A DNA stretch of 64,000 nt from a virus. The position numbers and the translations under genes were made by a program. The notes beneath the pieces are model-generated. The model saw nothing but the letters and a program-made list of their open reading frames with translations. It was not told the origin of the DNA and searched no databases. Of the stretch, positions 62,970-64,000 are shown in pieces. Where the stretch lies: IMG/VR virus record IMGVR_UViG_2935656913_000002; one strand, given 5' to 3'. Numbering within the stretch: the stretch's first letter is position 1; the number at the start of each line of letters is the position of its first letter.

Positions 62970-63428
62970 CTATCCCCGGGCGTAGGCCGCGAGGGACCGC
63001 GCGCTATCGGTAAAGGTGAAGCCGTGCCCGTCCGCAGTAGAGGTAAGCAGACCGGCTTTGCCGAGGCGGACGATAACGCCCGCATCGTGAGGCTTGGCGG
63101 AACCGGCATAGTCGGGACCGCGACCGGAGGCAACGATACCCGCAATGGTGACGGTGCCGTCCGTAGCGGCTTTGGCAAGGGACGCGTAGAACGTGAGGTA
63201 CGCATTGTCCCGGTCGCTGAGGCCGCCGAAGTTGGTACGCTGTGCCGCGACGGTTGCGGCGGTGCGGGTGATACGCGCCGACGGCTTGGCGACGGTGACG
63301 GCGGGAACGTCCGCGACGACGGGTGCAGCAACCGCAACCGGCTTGGCAGCAACCGCTTTCGCGGGCTTGACCGGCTTGGCAGAGGTCGAGGCAGAGGTGA
63401 CGATTTTGCGGGTTGAAAGCTTAGCCAT
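62970..63428 (-). CDS. Basic Lys/Ala/Pro-rich protein (152 aa), putative DNA-binding
   Basis: MAKLSTRK...KPVKPAKAVAAKPV arm plus a compact C-terminal domain; GGAG RBS; own terminator. Confidence 0.7.
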   Translation of the reverse strand: MAKLSTRKIVTSASTSAKPVKPAKAVAAKPVAVAAPVVADVPAVTVAKPSARITRTAATVAAQRTNFGGLSDRDNAYLTFYASLAKAATDGTVTIAGIVASGRGPDYAGSAKPHDAGVIVRLGKAGLLTSTADGHGFTFTDSARSLAAYARG

Positions 63429-63614
63429 GATACGTGCTCCGTAGGTAGGGGCAGGATTGCCCGGTGCCGGGTTGCAACCGGCTTGTGCATAAAGCCAGCC
63501 CGGGAATGAACGTGCAAGGGAATTCGCGTCCCCATAATGCCGTGCAATCCTGACGTGTACGCATAGCAGTTGCAGGTACCCGCAAGTCGGGGCGGCACGA
63601 TAAATGCAGACGCC

Positions 63615-63729
63615 GCAGCGCACCTCCTGACGCAGTGCACCTCCACCCTGCTGCACAACACCTAACGCAGCGCACCTACCGCACAACACCTACTGCACGT
63701 GCGTCTTCTTGTGCACAACACCTACTGCA
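63615..63729 (+). repeat. Short direct repeats GCACAACACCTA (x3) and GCAG(C/T)GCACCT (x3)
   Basis: GCACAACACCTA at 63653, 63681 and 63713; GCAG(C/T)GCACCT at about 63615, 63632 and 63667. Confidence 0.75.
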
Positions 63730-63840
63730 TCGCACTATCACGCGGACTGTAACAATCCATCAAGTTCCATTACAACTGAAGTGTGACTACCGCCACGCAC
63801 CTACCGCGATGCCCTGTCTGCTGCGTTACACGCTGACAAC

Positions 63841-63983
63841 ACGTTACTCCACGGTCACGTTACTCCATGGGCACACGTTACTGTAAGACAACAGTGTTAC
63901 TCCACCACATCAGTGTTACTCCATGACAACAAAAGCACGGTGTAACTCCATGACATCATTCTACTTTAGTGGTGTTACTCCAC
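63841..63983 (+). repeat. Array of seven RYGTTACTCCAY-like 12-mers
   Basis: Copies at 63841, 63857, 63875 (partial), 63894, 63913, 63940 and 63972. Confidence 0.85.
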
Positions 63984-64000
63984 CACAACAACTCCTTCTC

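Noticed and set aside
63841-63983. CRISPR array at the window end
   Set aside because: Units are about 12 bp with 4-20 bp gaps, too short for repeat-spacer structure.
1-64000. Integrase, repressor/antirepressor lysogeny module or host genes
   Set aside because: None recognised in the window, so lifestyle and prophage status cannot be determined here.

Overview
This window is part of a large, GC-rich tailed phage (siphovirus-type) genome, almost all of it coded on the minus strand. The host is not determinable here; an alphaproteobacterium is plausible. Reading in coding direction (64000 to 1), the order is: (1) a repeat-rich non-coding end, probably near the physical terminus; (2) small early genes; (3) an accessory fibre/SGNH-esterase module; (4) a glycosyltransferase-ParB-TerS-TerL locus; (5) portal, protease, scaffold and HK97-type capsid; (6) neck, tail tube, frameshifted chaperones and a 1467-aa tape measure; (7) a lambda-like tail tip (M, L, K, I, J); (8) several tail fibres; (9) lysis genes; (10) an AAA-DUF1257-DUF2997 module; (11) a replication-initiator-like gene cut by the window start. 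The standout unexplained signal is a 16-bp palindrome, KTGCAGGNNCCTGCAM. I counted 31 exact copies by eye plus 3 one-mismatch copies, spaced about every 2 kb across the whole window, both between genes and inside them. Other notable items are an HNH insertion that supplies a recoded replacement start for its target gene, a collapsed third tail-fibre cassette, an inverted pair of perfect DnaA boxes, and a conserved leader motif before virion genes. All family calls come from motif recognition by eye; no database searches were run.
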